From Candidatus Hermodarchaeota archaeon (GTDB lineage: Archaea; Asgardarchaeota; Hermodarchaeia; Hermodarchaeales; Hermodarchaeaceae), in the NCBI GenBank assembly GCA_016839805.1, contig JAEOTO010000036.1, forward strand, positions 1 through 64,000: DNA of 64,000 nucleotides, written 5' to 3'. This document shows positions 19,461 through 28,410 of this stretch, one piece after another (position 1 is the first letter of the stretch; each line of letters starts with the position of its first letter). Position numbers and translations under genes: made by a program. Under the pieces are notes generated by a model. The model ran no database searches. It was given only the letters and a program-made list of their open reading frames with translations, and was not told the DNA's origin.

Positions 19461-20516
19461 TTAGTCAATAATTTCCCAATTGTGCTGGTATTTATCTAGC
19501 TCAGTTATTGTGCGCTTATCCATGGGGTGTTCGCGATCAGGGACGTCAAGGTGTTTGGGTTCACCGCACAATGGTGTCGTGAAGTACCGTTGACCGCTAT
19601 CATTAATCATCGTCACTATTGTTTCTAGTTCAGAATGTTTCTTTGCTAGTTTGAGGGCTGCAGCGATATTACAGCCAGACGATATCCCGCAGAACAAGCC
19701 CTCTTCGCGACTCAGCCATTGCGCCATTTCCAAAGCTTCGTCTGATGTCGTTGTAATGATTCCGTCAAGAAGACTGAGGTCAAGATTTTCTGGAACAAAT
19801 CCGTCACCGATTCCTTCGATCCGATGTGATCCCCATTTACGATGCGAGAGCAATGGTGCTTCGGTAGGTTCAATCGCGTAAAGTTTTACTTTTGGATTCT
19901 TTTCTCGTAAGTATCGGCCAACTCCCGTAACCGTTCCCCCCGTTCCTTGGCTAGCAATAAAGGCATCTACCTTACCACTTGTCTGTTCCCAAATTTCTAT
20001 CCCTGTCGTTTCGTAGTGTGCAAGGGTATTATCAGGATTGCTAAATTGGCCTGGCTCCCAATATTTCCACGGGTTCTCGGACTTCAATTCTTTTACTTTC
20101 TTCAGACAAAGATCAACATCCGATTCCCCGCCTGGTGTTAGAATTATCTGAGCACCATATGCTTTCATGAGTTTGCGACGTTCCTGGCTCATTCCTTCCG
20201 GCATGACAATAGTAACCGGGTAATCTAACATCCGCCCCACAAAAGCACAGGCGATCCCTGCATTCCCAGTCGAAGATTCAAGAATTTCCATCCCTGGCTT
20301 CAAATCACCCCGTGCAATCGCTTCATGAATCATTTTATGATAGATTCGATCCTTCAAACTACCCGTAGGTGAGTACCATTCAATTTTACCCAGGATGTTT
20401 ACTCCAGCTTTCTCACTAACCTTGGGCAAACGAAAGAGGGGCGTTATACCAATGAGATCAAAGATATTGGTTTGAACCTGTTTGTACTTATCCCAGTCTA
20501 ATGGCATCTCAATCAA
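19461..20516 (-). CDS. cysK: Cysteine synthase family PLP enzyme
   Basis: PTGSLKDR (PLP Lys), SSTGNAG, GTGGT, IEGIG motifs. Confidence 0.85.
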   Translation of the reverse strand: MIEMPLDWDKYKQVQTNIFDLIGITPLFRLPKVSEKAGVNILGKIEWYSPTGSLKDRIYHKMIHEAIARGDLKPGMEILESSTGNAGIACAFVGRMLDYPVTIVMPEGMSQERRKLMKAYGAQIILTPGGESDVDLCLKKVKELKSENPWKYWEPGQFSNPDNTLAHYETTGIEIWEQTSGKVDAFIASQGTGGTVTGVGRYLREKNPKVKLYAIEPTEAPLLSHRKWGSHRIEGIGDGFVPENLDLSLLDGIITTTSDEALEMAQWLSREEGLFCGISSGCNIAAALKLAKKHSELETIVTMINDSGQRYFTTPLCGEPKHLDVPDREHPMDKRTITELDKYQHNWEIID

Positions 20517-20862
20517 CTCTTCCTGAACTAGTCACAGCATTGACAAGCCCATAAATGGTCTGAAAATGTGCTGACATTCAATATGTGCTGAAAGAACTAG
20601 TACATAAAGATAACAAAAGTCTTACAAAACATCTACGAACTCAATCGCCCCAAAAACCACTTTTCACCCGCTCTCCCCTATCCTTAAACCTCTCCTTCCA
20701 GTGATGTACAGGAAGCACAAGCAACCATCATAACTAGGAAATCAGTCTACAGAAAAACCACTCGCTTGCCCCCTGTCTAGCCATCTCCATTTCGGATTAA
20801 AGTATCGATCCGACAAGCCCGTCAAGTCTACTTGCGGGTTTAACTCAGGAGGAGGAAGAAAA

Positions 20863-22050
20863 ACGCAACTTTCAGAACGAATCCAATTAAAGCCCTCACC
20901 TCCGCTCTCTCGTCTCTGTCATTTGGCTAAAAATCTCTACAATCTTGCCAATTATCACATCCGCCAGCAGTTCTTCAAGGAGGGTCGCTGGACGCGGTAC
21001 AAAGAGTTATACGCTCTCCTCAAACTCACCACTGCTTATCAAGACCTTCCTACTCAGACGGCCCAACAGGTGCTCCGGCTACTCGAACAGAACTGGAAAA
21101 CGTTTTTCTCCGCCATCAAGGATTGGCGAACGCACCCATGCAAGTATCGAGGACAACCTCGATTACCACGCTACAAGCCAAAAGACGGCGAAAGTATTGT
21201 GATTTTCACAAATCAGCAGTGCCGGATCAGAAATGGATTCCTATATTTTCCGAAAAAAACTCAATTGCCGCCTATTAAGACGCGTATAATAGGAAGTTTT
21301 TGTCAGGTCCGGCTCATACCGCGGGGTAATCATTACATTCTAGAACTCGTTTACAAGCAGAGTCCTGTTGACTACGAATTGGATCCACGCCACATTATTA
21401 GTATTGATTTAGGATTGAATAACCTCGTAACTGTTATCAACAACGCAGGGCTAGCACCCTGGCGCGTTAAAGGCGGGGTTATCAAATCCATCAATCAATT
21501 TTATAACAAGGAACGGGCGAGACTCTATGCACTTGGGGACAAACAAGGACTTAAGTTCCAAACACGACGGCTTAAACGCCTACTGTTGAAGCGAATGAAC
21601 AAAATTATCGATGTCTTTCACAAGGTATCTCGGCAGCTCATTGAGTATTGTATTGCTCACAATTTTGGACGCATCGTGATTGGTTATAACAAGCGGTGGA
21701 AACAGCGTATAAGGTTGGGTCTGCGAACCAACCAGAACTTCGTGAGCGTACCTTTCCTAAAACTGGTGCACCAAATTCGCTACAAGGCAGCCTTGGTAGG
21801 AATAGATGTGATATTAGCAGAGGAGGGGTATACTTCCAAGGTGAGCAGCCTTGATACGGAACCCATTGAATGTCATGCGACCTATTTGGGTAAGAGGGTG
21901 CAGCGGGGGCTGTTCCAGTCTGCGAAGGGGTGCCTTATCAACGCAGATGTGAACGGTGCTTACAATATTGGTCGAAAAGCAGTCCCGGAAGCTTTCAAAG
22001 TGGACGGGATAGAGGGTGTGGGGTTACACCCATATTCGGTGACCGTCTGA
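20863..22050 (+). CDS. tnpB: RNA-guided endonuclease TnpB
   Basis: AKNLYN, LPTQTAQQ, SIDLGLNNL (RuvC-I), EEGYTSK, INADVNGAYNI (RuvC-III). The typical N-terminus (xQLSERIQLK...LCHLAKN) extends to ACG at 20863 after AGGAGGAGG; track start is TTG 20923. Confidence 0.9.
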   Translation, partial: TQLSERIQLKPSPPLSRLCHLAKNLYNLANYHIRQQFFKEGRWTRYKELYALLKLTTAYQDLPTQTAQQVLRLLEQNWKTFFSAIKDWRTHPCKYRGQPRLPRYKPKDGESIVIFTNQQCRIRNGFLYFPKKTQLPPIKTRIIGSFCQVRLIPRGNHYILELVYKQSPVDYELDPRHIISIDLGLNNLVTVINNAGLAPWRVKGGVIKSINQFYNKERARLYALGDKQGLKFQTRRLKRLLLKRMNKIIDVFHKVSRQLIEYCIAHNFGRIVIGYNKRWKQRIRLGLRTNQNFVSVPFLKLVHQIRYKAALVGIDVILAEEGYTSKVSSLDTEPIECHATYLGKRVQRGLFQSAKGCLINADVNGAYNIGRKAVPEAFKVDGIEGVGLHPYSVTV

Positions 22051-22106
22051 TGCCGATCGGTTATAGAATTCAATGAAAATCGCTGTTTTTCACTATTTTC
22101 AATAAC
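21979..22106 (+). ncRNA. Putative TnpB omegaRNA/reRNA scaffold; boundaries approximate
   Basis: Structured region overlapping the tnpB 3' end: GGGTGT-N-ACACCC hairpin and TGAAAA-N7-TTTTCA hairpin (22074-22092). Location fits known omegaRNAs. Confidence 0.45.
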
Positions 22107-22197
22107 CTAAGAATAATACTTACCTGGAAATGCAAGAGAATATTAGTGATAAGGTCAAAGTTGGGGCAATGTATTAATTCTCTGAGGAGATTTAGCC

Positions 22198-22902
22198 GTG
22201 AAGCTTCAGGGTTCCTTTGTTTATGGTCAATTCCTTGAGCGTCCGAACCGGTTCCTCGCTATTTGCCGTGTGAAGGGGCGTCGTAAACCAGCATATATTC
22301 CTAATCCAGGACCTATGCCTGACCTCCTTTTTCCTGGCGTTGAAGTCCTTCTCCGTCACAATCCAGCAGACCACCGAAAAACCGCTTATGATCTAATTTG
22401 CGCTCGAAATAATGGAACGCTTCTTTCATTGGACTCGCGCGTCCCTAATTGGTTACTTGCTGAGATTCTACCCAGGGGTCAGCTAGCTCCTTTTGCACAA
22501 TATACTGACGTATACACTGAACCTGTCTATCGTGAAAGTCGGCTTGACTTTCTACTCCAAAATAAGAAATTACCTCCTTGTCTGATTGAAGCAAAGTCAT
22601 CAACTGATGCAGAAGATTCTATTGGGTACTTCCCACGGGCCGTAACCGCACGAGGACAACGTCATCTACAGGAATTAATGCACGCCGTAACTGACGGGTA
22701 TCGTGCTGCAATTGTGTTCATTGTACAACGAACCGATGCCAAGAAGTTGTGCCCTAATGATCGCATCGATCCCACTTTTGGGCAAATTCTACGACAAGCT
22801 GCAAAGAAAGGCGTTGAAACTTATGCATGGACAACCCAATTTGATGAAGCCAAATATGAAATTTCAATTAACCAAAAAGTACCAGTTGATTTGACGCCCT
22901 AG
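22198..22902 (+). CDS. sfsA: SfsA DNA/RNA nuclease-like protein
   Basis: RPNRF, NPG.M, SRLDF, IEAKS, FP.A.T.RG.RHL.EL motifs. Confidence 0.93.
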   Translation: MKLQGSFVYGQFLERPNRFLAICRVKGRRKPAYIPNPGPMPDLLFPGVEVLLRHNPADHRKTAYDLICARNNGTLLSLDSRVPNWLLAEILPRGQLAPFAQYTDVYTEPVYRESRLDFLLQNKKLPPCLIEAKSSTDAEDSIGYFPRAVTARGQRHLQELMHAVTDGYRAAIVFIVQRTDAKKLCPNDRIDPTFGQILRQAAKKGVETYAWTTQFDEAKYEISINQKVPVDLTP

Positions 22903-22916
22903 CAATTATTCACGAA

Positions 22917-23957
22917 TCATGGAAGGTGACCATATTTCTTGGTAGCGGTCACCATTGCTCGAATATTCTCTAAGGGTGCATGAGGTGGAATTTCACAACC
23001 ACTACTCAGAATGTATCGCCCATCTCCACCAACAGATTCAATACAGATTCTCGACGCTTCTTCGACATCCTTCGGTGTACCGGTAAGAAGAAGTTCAGTT
23101 GGATTGAGGTTTCCCATGAGAATCACTTTATTTCCCACTCTCTTTTTCGCCTCAACCATATTAACTAGATAATCCAATTCTACTACACTTACACTAGTCG
23201 CTGCCATTAAATCAAGAATGGAATTCGTATTTCCACAAATATGCAATGAGGCAAAGGCTCCCGCTTTTTGAACAGCCTTAGTAATCGCAGCCAAGCGTGG
23301 TGCAGCAAAGGATTCGAAAGTCTTTGGGCTAATTAAACTCCCACTGGCTGTAGGATCTGCTGTGACAATCACATTTACTCCCATGCTAACGTTAGCCATT
23401 GCATAGGTCTTCGAGGCTTCCGTCGTAATTTCTGTAATATCTCGGACAAACTGGGGGTCACGAATCGTTGCCATCATTAAATCATTAATACCACATAATT
23501 GACCTGCTAGCGTGAAAGGACCCGGAGTGTAAGCAAATAATGGAATCTGACCTTCCACGCGATTCTTAATCAACTCAAGTAATTTCATGTGAAGTGGAAG
23601 CCGACCATTGCTATGCGGATCTGGAATGGTTAGCTGGTCTAAATCGCTTGGAGATTTTATGACATATTCAGCGACCTGAGGAACTGAATCCTCCGGGAAC
23701 CGCATCGTACAACCCATCGCCTCCGCCAACAAGTTAAAGGAACTTTCCCACCCCACATAGATCGCATCATACTCTAACTCACGTTGTCCAGCTAAAAGAG
23801 CGTCTGCTGTTTTTTCGGGGCTATGAAGAGCTTCCACCAAGCCCACACCTGTTAGCTGAGCAGTAGTATAGGTAATCTGGGGAATACATGGGATGCGGTC
23901 GGGTTTTTCTCCATTTAACACTGCCATAACTCGCTCAAAGTGGGCACGAGGCGTCAT
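22917..23957 (-). CDS. MtaA/CmuA-like (uroporphyrinogen decarboxylase family) methylcobamide methyltransferase
   Basis: AEAMGC, GPFTLA, ADPTASGSLISP, Zn-binding LHICG and SSGCEI motifs. Confidence 0.88.
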   Translation of the reverse strand: MTPRAHFERVMAVLNGEKPDRIPCIPQITYTTAQLTGVGLVEALHSPEKTADALLAGQRELEYDAIYVGWESSFNLLAEAMGCTMRFPEDSVPQVAEYVIKSPSDLDQLTIPDPHSNGRLPLHMKLLELIKNRVEGQIPLFAYTPGPFTLAGQLCGINDLMMATIRDPQFVRDITEITTEASKTYAMANVSMGVNVIVTADPTASGSLISPKTFESFAAPRLAAITKAVQKAGAFASLHICGNTNSILDLMAATSVSVVELDYLVNMVEAKKRVGNKVILMGNLNPTELLLTGTPKDVEEASRICIESVGGDGRYILSSGCEIPPHAPLENIRAMVTATKKYGHLP

Positions 23958-24145
23958 AAAGGACTTCTCCGAACTTTATTCGGTAGTTTGTGAATTGTTG
24001 GTTCTATATGAATCCATTTCTCGATATATAAGGGAAAAAAAGTGCCAGGTCGTAGGCAGCATCTTTAAATTATCATACGTCTAGGTTGCCCTGGGAATGT
24101 GCCTTTCCCCCTTTAGTGGTTAGGACGGGTTCGGATCCGATTAAC

Positions 24146-25102
24146 ATGCCTGAAAATTCCCGACGAAGAACACAATCAGATGCTAGCTCACCAGAGGATG
24201 AGCCACATAAGTGCCCCAATTGTGGGAGCACGAACTATATCATGACGACCCAGCGTGAGTTAGTCTGCGCGGACTGTGGGCTAGTCCTAAATGACGATGT
24301 AATTGATTTTGGCGCTGAATGGCGGGAATTCTCAGCTGAGGAACGTGATAAACGGGCGCGAGCCGGACCGCCCGCAACATTGACAATGCATGACAAAGGC
24401 TTATCCACAACAATTGACTGGCGTGACGTTGACGCTCGTGGACATCGACTCGATGCACGACGGCGGGCAGAAATGCAGCGAATTCGAAAATGGCACAATC
24501 GCAGTCGGGTCTATCAGGCCAGTGAACGCAACCTAGCCAGTGCCATGAGTGAGCTCGACCGACTCGCTGGTCAATTAGACCTTCCCCAACGCGTGCGACA
24601 GACAGCAGCTTTACTCTACCGTAGAGCACTTGAAAAAAACCTCATTCGAGGTCGGAGCATCGAAGCCATCGTTGCCGCCTGTGTATACGCTGCTTGCCGG
24701 CTCACAAGTTTTCCACGAACCCTTGCTGATGTGGGACGCTATACTCGCGTAGGTCGAAAAGAGTTAGGGCGCTCTTATCGCCTGATCGTTCGACGACTTG
24801 GGCTCCAAATGCCCGTCACTCAACCTGAAGACTTTGTCTCCCGATATACTAATGCACTTAAACTATCACAACGCACCCACGCTAGAGCACTTGATATTCT
24901 CATGCAAGCCCGAAATAAGGGAATTACCTCCGGCAAAGATCCTACCTGTATTGCTGCCGCAGCCATTTACATCGCCTCAATTTTAGAAGGAGAACGACGA
25001 ACCCAACGTGAAATTGGCGAAGTAGCAGGCGTAACAGAAGTCACAGTTCGAAACCGCTACAAAGAGCTAGTCCGAGCCCTCGATCTTGGAGTCGAAGTTT
25101 AA
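24146..25102 (+). CDS. tfb: Transcription initiation factor IIB
   Basis: CPNC...CADCG ribbon, GAEWR.F, ERNL, RGRS, VTEVTVRNRYKEL. ATG 24146 preferred. Confidence 0.97.
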   Translation: MPENSRRRTQSDASSPEDEPHKCPNCGSTNYIMTTQRELVCADCGLVLNDDVIDFGAEWREFSAEERDKRARAGPPATLTMHDKGLSTTIDWRDVDARGHRLDARRRAEMQRIRKWHNRSRVYQASERNLASAMSELDRLAGQLDLPQRVRQTAALLYRRALEKNLIRGRSIEAIVAACVYAACRLTSFPRTLADVGRYTRVGRKELGRSYRLIVRRLGLQMPVTQPEDFVSRYTNALKLSQRTHARALDILMQARNKGITSGKDPTCIAAAAIYIASILEGERRTQREIGEVAGVTEVTVRNRYKELVRALDLGVEV

Positions 25103-25216
25103 CTTTCATGAAACTCTTTTCCCCACTAACTTTTCTAAGCAAAAGTACTTAAACTCGTAAGCGTCAGAAGAATCAGATTTCCAGCAAAGACGGAAGACGC
25201 CGTCTCTTTGCTCAAA

Positions 25217-27454
25217 ATGGATGAGATTAATTTGAAAAAACCTTCCATACTCATTTCCTTTTCTATAATCCTACTTACTCTCTGTCTACTTGGCAGCTCT
25301 TCCTCAAGTGCAATGATGACTTCACCAAACACCTCACAACAGCTTATCCATATCAATCAATTATCAATGACTCAATTAGGAACTCGTTCCGGAACTCCTG
25401 CTCCTATACTTGTCCCTCAACCTCATTACAATGAAACGGTGGTCCTTATTGTAGATTCTGCCCTATGGATGAATGGTGCCGTTCAGACAGCAGTAAATAA
25501 TTATCGAACAGATCTCAATGATACCGGCTATCAGACCCTCCTTCATACTAGTGCTGTGGCCTCGGTACAGGCCCTTCGAACGTTACTTCAAGGCTGGTAT
25601 ACAACTAATAATATCACGGGGGCTGTACTCATAGGGCCTCTCCCCTTTGCATGGTACTATCATCCGGCAGGTGGACAATTTACTGCTGAAACCTTTGTCT
25701 GTGATTTGTACCTCATGGATCTTGATGGTAGCTGGTGGGACCTTAGCGGCGACGGGGTCTATGATAAACACAACGCCTCAACGGGTACCGATATTTACCC
25801 CGAGATTTATGTCGGTCGTATCGATGCCACGACACGAACGCTAAGCGGTACCAATACTAATAATATACTTAGTCTTCTTGGTCGCCATTCCTCCTATCGG
25901 AGGGGTGGAGTTGCAAGAACACACCGCGCAATCACCTACATAGATGATGACTGGAGTTCACTTAACTGGCATACTTGGTTAAACAATGCTTATTCTACCC
26001 GAACTGATGTTTACACACCAGTAAGCTGGACGAATGGATCAGATTGGCTTAACAACCGTTTGGTTCAGGATTACGAATTTACTCATCTTTGTGCTCATAG
26101 CAGTGCCAATAAGGCACCCTGGTGGTTATCAGCTCATCACTTTGGTCCATCTGGGGGACCTTCGGAGGGAGTTATTACTGCAGCTCAGATACATGGTCAA
26201 CAACCGACCTTCAACTTCTACAACCTGTTCGCCTGTTCAGGAGCGGATTGGTCAACCCCTGACTGTCTCGGCATGACCTATCTGTATTCCAGTGCCTACT
26301 CGTTAGCAGTGATTGGCTCCACAAAAACAGGTGGAATGCTAGGTGGAACTTCTCTCTATAACAGCATGAGCAACAACAAGACACTTGGCCAAGCATTGAG
26401 TGACTGGTTCCAAGGAATGACAACCTATGCAGGTCAATATCTCGAATGGTTCTATGGCATGACACTCATGGGTGATCCGTTTCTCACAATACATTATGAC
26501 ATTACTGCTCTACCGCCAGTAATTTCTTCACTCACACATCCTAACCAAGGTCAATGGTATGGGAATGCTCTCCCTCAATTTACTTGGACAATTCCACCGG
26601 ACGTCAATGGTATCTCTGGCTACTACTACATCCTTGACAACAATCCCTCCACTATCCCAACAGCCGCAACAAGCAATTATACAACAGGAAATACCTTCAC
26701 GCCCGCATCACCCCTCACCGATGGACAATGGTATTTCCATGTAGTGACGAAAGACTCGGTTGGCAATATCGGCCAACATGCTGCCCATTACCAAGTGAAC
26801 ATCGATAGTGTAGGACCTGTTACAACCATCCTCTCACCGGGTGCTAACTTCAATAGCTCCTCGAATACGGTTACGATCTTTTGGTCAGCCATCGATACAG
26901 GTATTGGATATATGGGATCTGCAGTGTGGTTAGATACAACAACAAATGTCTATTCTGGACCTAACTTAAACACTACTTTAACAAGTTTAACCCAAGGCGC
27001 TCATCTAATCAATGTCACTACTACGGATTTTTTGATGAATGCCCAGAGCGCGTGGATTACTATTCACGTAGATCTTACCGATCCATCCTGCACAATCATT
27101 TCCCATTCAGATGGGGCCACAGTTAGTGGCAGCTTCCTTCTGTCATGGACAGCAACTGACATTGGATCGGGTTACCATTATACTGAAGTTTACGTCGATA
27201 ATGTCCTGGCTACTACGGTGCAGGGGCCAATGAGAAACGCAACTATATCCGGACTAACTGATGGAACTCACACACTCAATGTAACCGTGTACGATTGGTC
27301 TGGGCGGACCGCGTCCGATCAAATATCAGTTATTTCTCAATCGGCACCTCCTATTCCACCAATTCCTGGCTTCCCCATTGAAGCAATCATCGTTGGAGCA
27401 GTTATCGCCTTAGGATTCGGAATTTACTACCGTCGGAGACAAACATCTAAGTAA
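25217..27454 (+). CDS. Secreted C25 (gingipain-like) cysteine peptidase with Ig-like domains and IPGF-TM-RRR C-terminal sorting signal
   Basis: VLIGPLP, DLYLMDLDG, PEIYVGRI, His in CAHS, Cys in LFACS, LMGDP; tail IPGFPIEAIIVG...YYRRR. Confidence 0.8.
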   Translation: MDEINLKKPSILISFSIILLTLCLLGSSSSSAMMTSPNTSQQLIHINQLSMTQLGTRSGTPAPILVPQPHYNETVVLIVDSALWMNGAVQTAVNNYRTDLNDTGYQTLLHTSAVASVQALRTLLQGWYTTNNITGAVLIGPLPFAWYYHPAGGQFTAETFVCDLYLMDLDGSWWDLSGDGVYDKHNASTGTDIYPEIYVGRIDATTRTLSGTNTNNILSLLGRHSSYRRGGVARTHRAITYIDDDWSSLNWHTWLNNAYSTRTDVYTPVSWTNGSDWLNNRLVQDYEFTHLCAHSSANKAPWWLSAHHFGPSGGPSEGVITAAQIHGQQPTFNFYNLFACSGADWSTPDCLGMTYLYSSAYSLAVIGSTKTGGMLGGTSLYNSMSNNKTLGQALSDWFQGMTTYAGQYLEWFYGMTLMGDPFLTIHYDITALPPVISSLTHPNQGQWYGNALPQFTWTIPPDVNGISGYYYILDNNPSTIPTAATSNYTTGNTFTPASPLTDGQWYFHVVTKDSVGNIGQHAAHYQVNIDSVGPVTTILSPGANFNSSSNTVTIFWSAIDTGIGYMGSAVWLDTTTNVYSGPNLNTTLTSLTQGAHLINVTTTDFLMNAQSAWITIHVDLTDPSCTIISHSDGATVSGSFLLSWTATDIGSGYHYTEVYVDNVLATTVQGPMRNATISGLTDGTHTLNVTVYDWSGRTASDQISVISQSAPPIPPIPGFPIEAIIVGAVIALGFGIYYRRRQTSK

Positions 27455-27462
27455 AATATTAT

Positions 27463-27500
27463 TGGGCGCCTTTCTGGCGTCCTCTTTCACTTTCTTTTCC
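27463..27500 (+). terminator. Hairpin + T-tract terminator
   Basis: GGGCGCC-TTTCT-GGCGTCC followed by TCTTTCACTTTCTTTT. Confidence 0.5.
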
Positions 27501-27527
27501 CTTGCCTATGAAAAAAGTAAGTATTCG

Positions 27528-28310
27528 CTATTTTCGCTTGTTCCCCTGGTTGTTGAGTAATACTTCGCATTTTTTGAAAAGTTGGTCAATATTCTGAGCG
27601 AAGAGGTGGCTAGGACTAACCTGCACTAGAATCTGTCGGCTTCCCAGTTCAATTAATCGCGTAAAGAGGGGAATTACCGAGGCCACCGGAACCTTATATT
27701 CGCTCTCGAGATCACGTTTCACCTCATTAAAATCATAAATCCCCGGGCACTTATTGCATACGATATAGGTTGCGGGGACACCCAGCTTTTTAGATAACGC
27801 TAACGTGATCGCTGTTCCAAGAAAGTCTTGTTGATCTAATCGCATGATAACAAAAAGCAAGTCAGTTGTTGCCATTGAAAGTAGAGTTTCTTGATCTAGC
27901 CCTGGATGGGTATCGATGAAAAGGTAATCGAGGTTTTTCGCTTCCATTATGCGTTTAAAGCCCCGGCGAAGATCTGCAACCTCATAACCCTCGCGGATAA
28001 GGGTCGAAATATCATCTGCGTTGAGGCTAGCTGGAATAACATGCAAGCTGCCTGATCGAAGTTTCATGGGTTTGGTGTGATCGATGGTAGCTTTTTCAAT
28101 TGTACATTTTTTTCGCAAATAATCATTCAGTGTAAAGCGGAACCGCTTATCCCCCAGTCCAAATAAGACATGAAGACCTGGGCTTTGGATATCAGTATCC
28201 ATTACGCCGACGTTGCGTCCCTTACTTGCAGCCCAGAGTGCTAGATTTGCAGTTAGATTGCTTTTACCAGTTCCACCACGGAAGCTGTGAATCGTGATTA
28301 TTTTTCCCAT
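27528..28310 (-). CDS. MinD/ParA-family ATPase
   Basis: Deviant Walker A SFRGGTGKS, DTDIQSPG, IDTHPG. Confidence 0.9.
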   Translation of the reverse strand: MGKIITIHSFRGGTGKSNLTANLALWAASKGRNVGVMDTDIQSPGLHVLFGLGDKRFRFTLNDYLRKKCTIEKATIDHTKPMKLRSGSLHVIPASLNADDISTLIREGYEVADLRRGFKRIMEAKNLDYLFIDTHPGLDQETLLSMATTDLLFVIMRLDQQDFLGTAITLALSKKLGVPATYIVCNKCPGIYDFNEVKRDLESEYKVPVASVIPLFTRLIELGSRQILVQVSPSHLFAQNIDQLFKKCEVLLNNQGNKRK

Positions 28311-28410
28311 TGAGACGCACACTCAATTTTACCTGTAGCTAACACACTTTGAAAACTTATGCGGAATCGTTTACTCGGGTGATATGATTTTGCGGATTTA
28401 AAGCATTGGT

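Larger units (their letters stand above)
20800..22106 (+). mobile_element. IS200/IS605-family (IS1341-like, tnpB-only) element; ends approximate
   Basis: tnpB without tnpA nearby. Imperfect hairpin CCCGTCAAGT-CT-ACTTGCGGG upstream (~20818-20838); hairpins and TTCAA/AATAAC downstream (22016-22106). Confidence 0.6.

Noticed and set aside
20543-20820. GACAAGCCC 9-bp direct repeat as a target-site duplication
   Set aside because: Both copies lie on the same side of tnpB, and IS200/IS605 elements make no TSD.
20863-22050. Cas12f/type V CRISPR effector
   Set aside because: No repeat-spacer array or cas genes seen; features fit IS-encoded TnpB.
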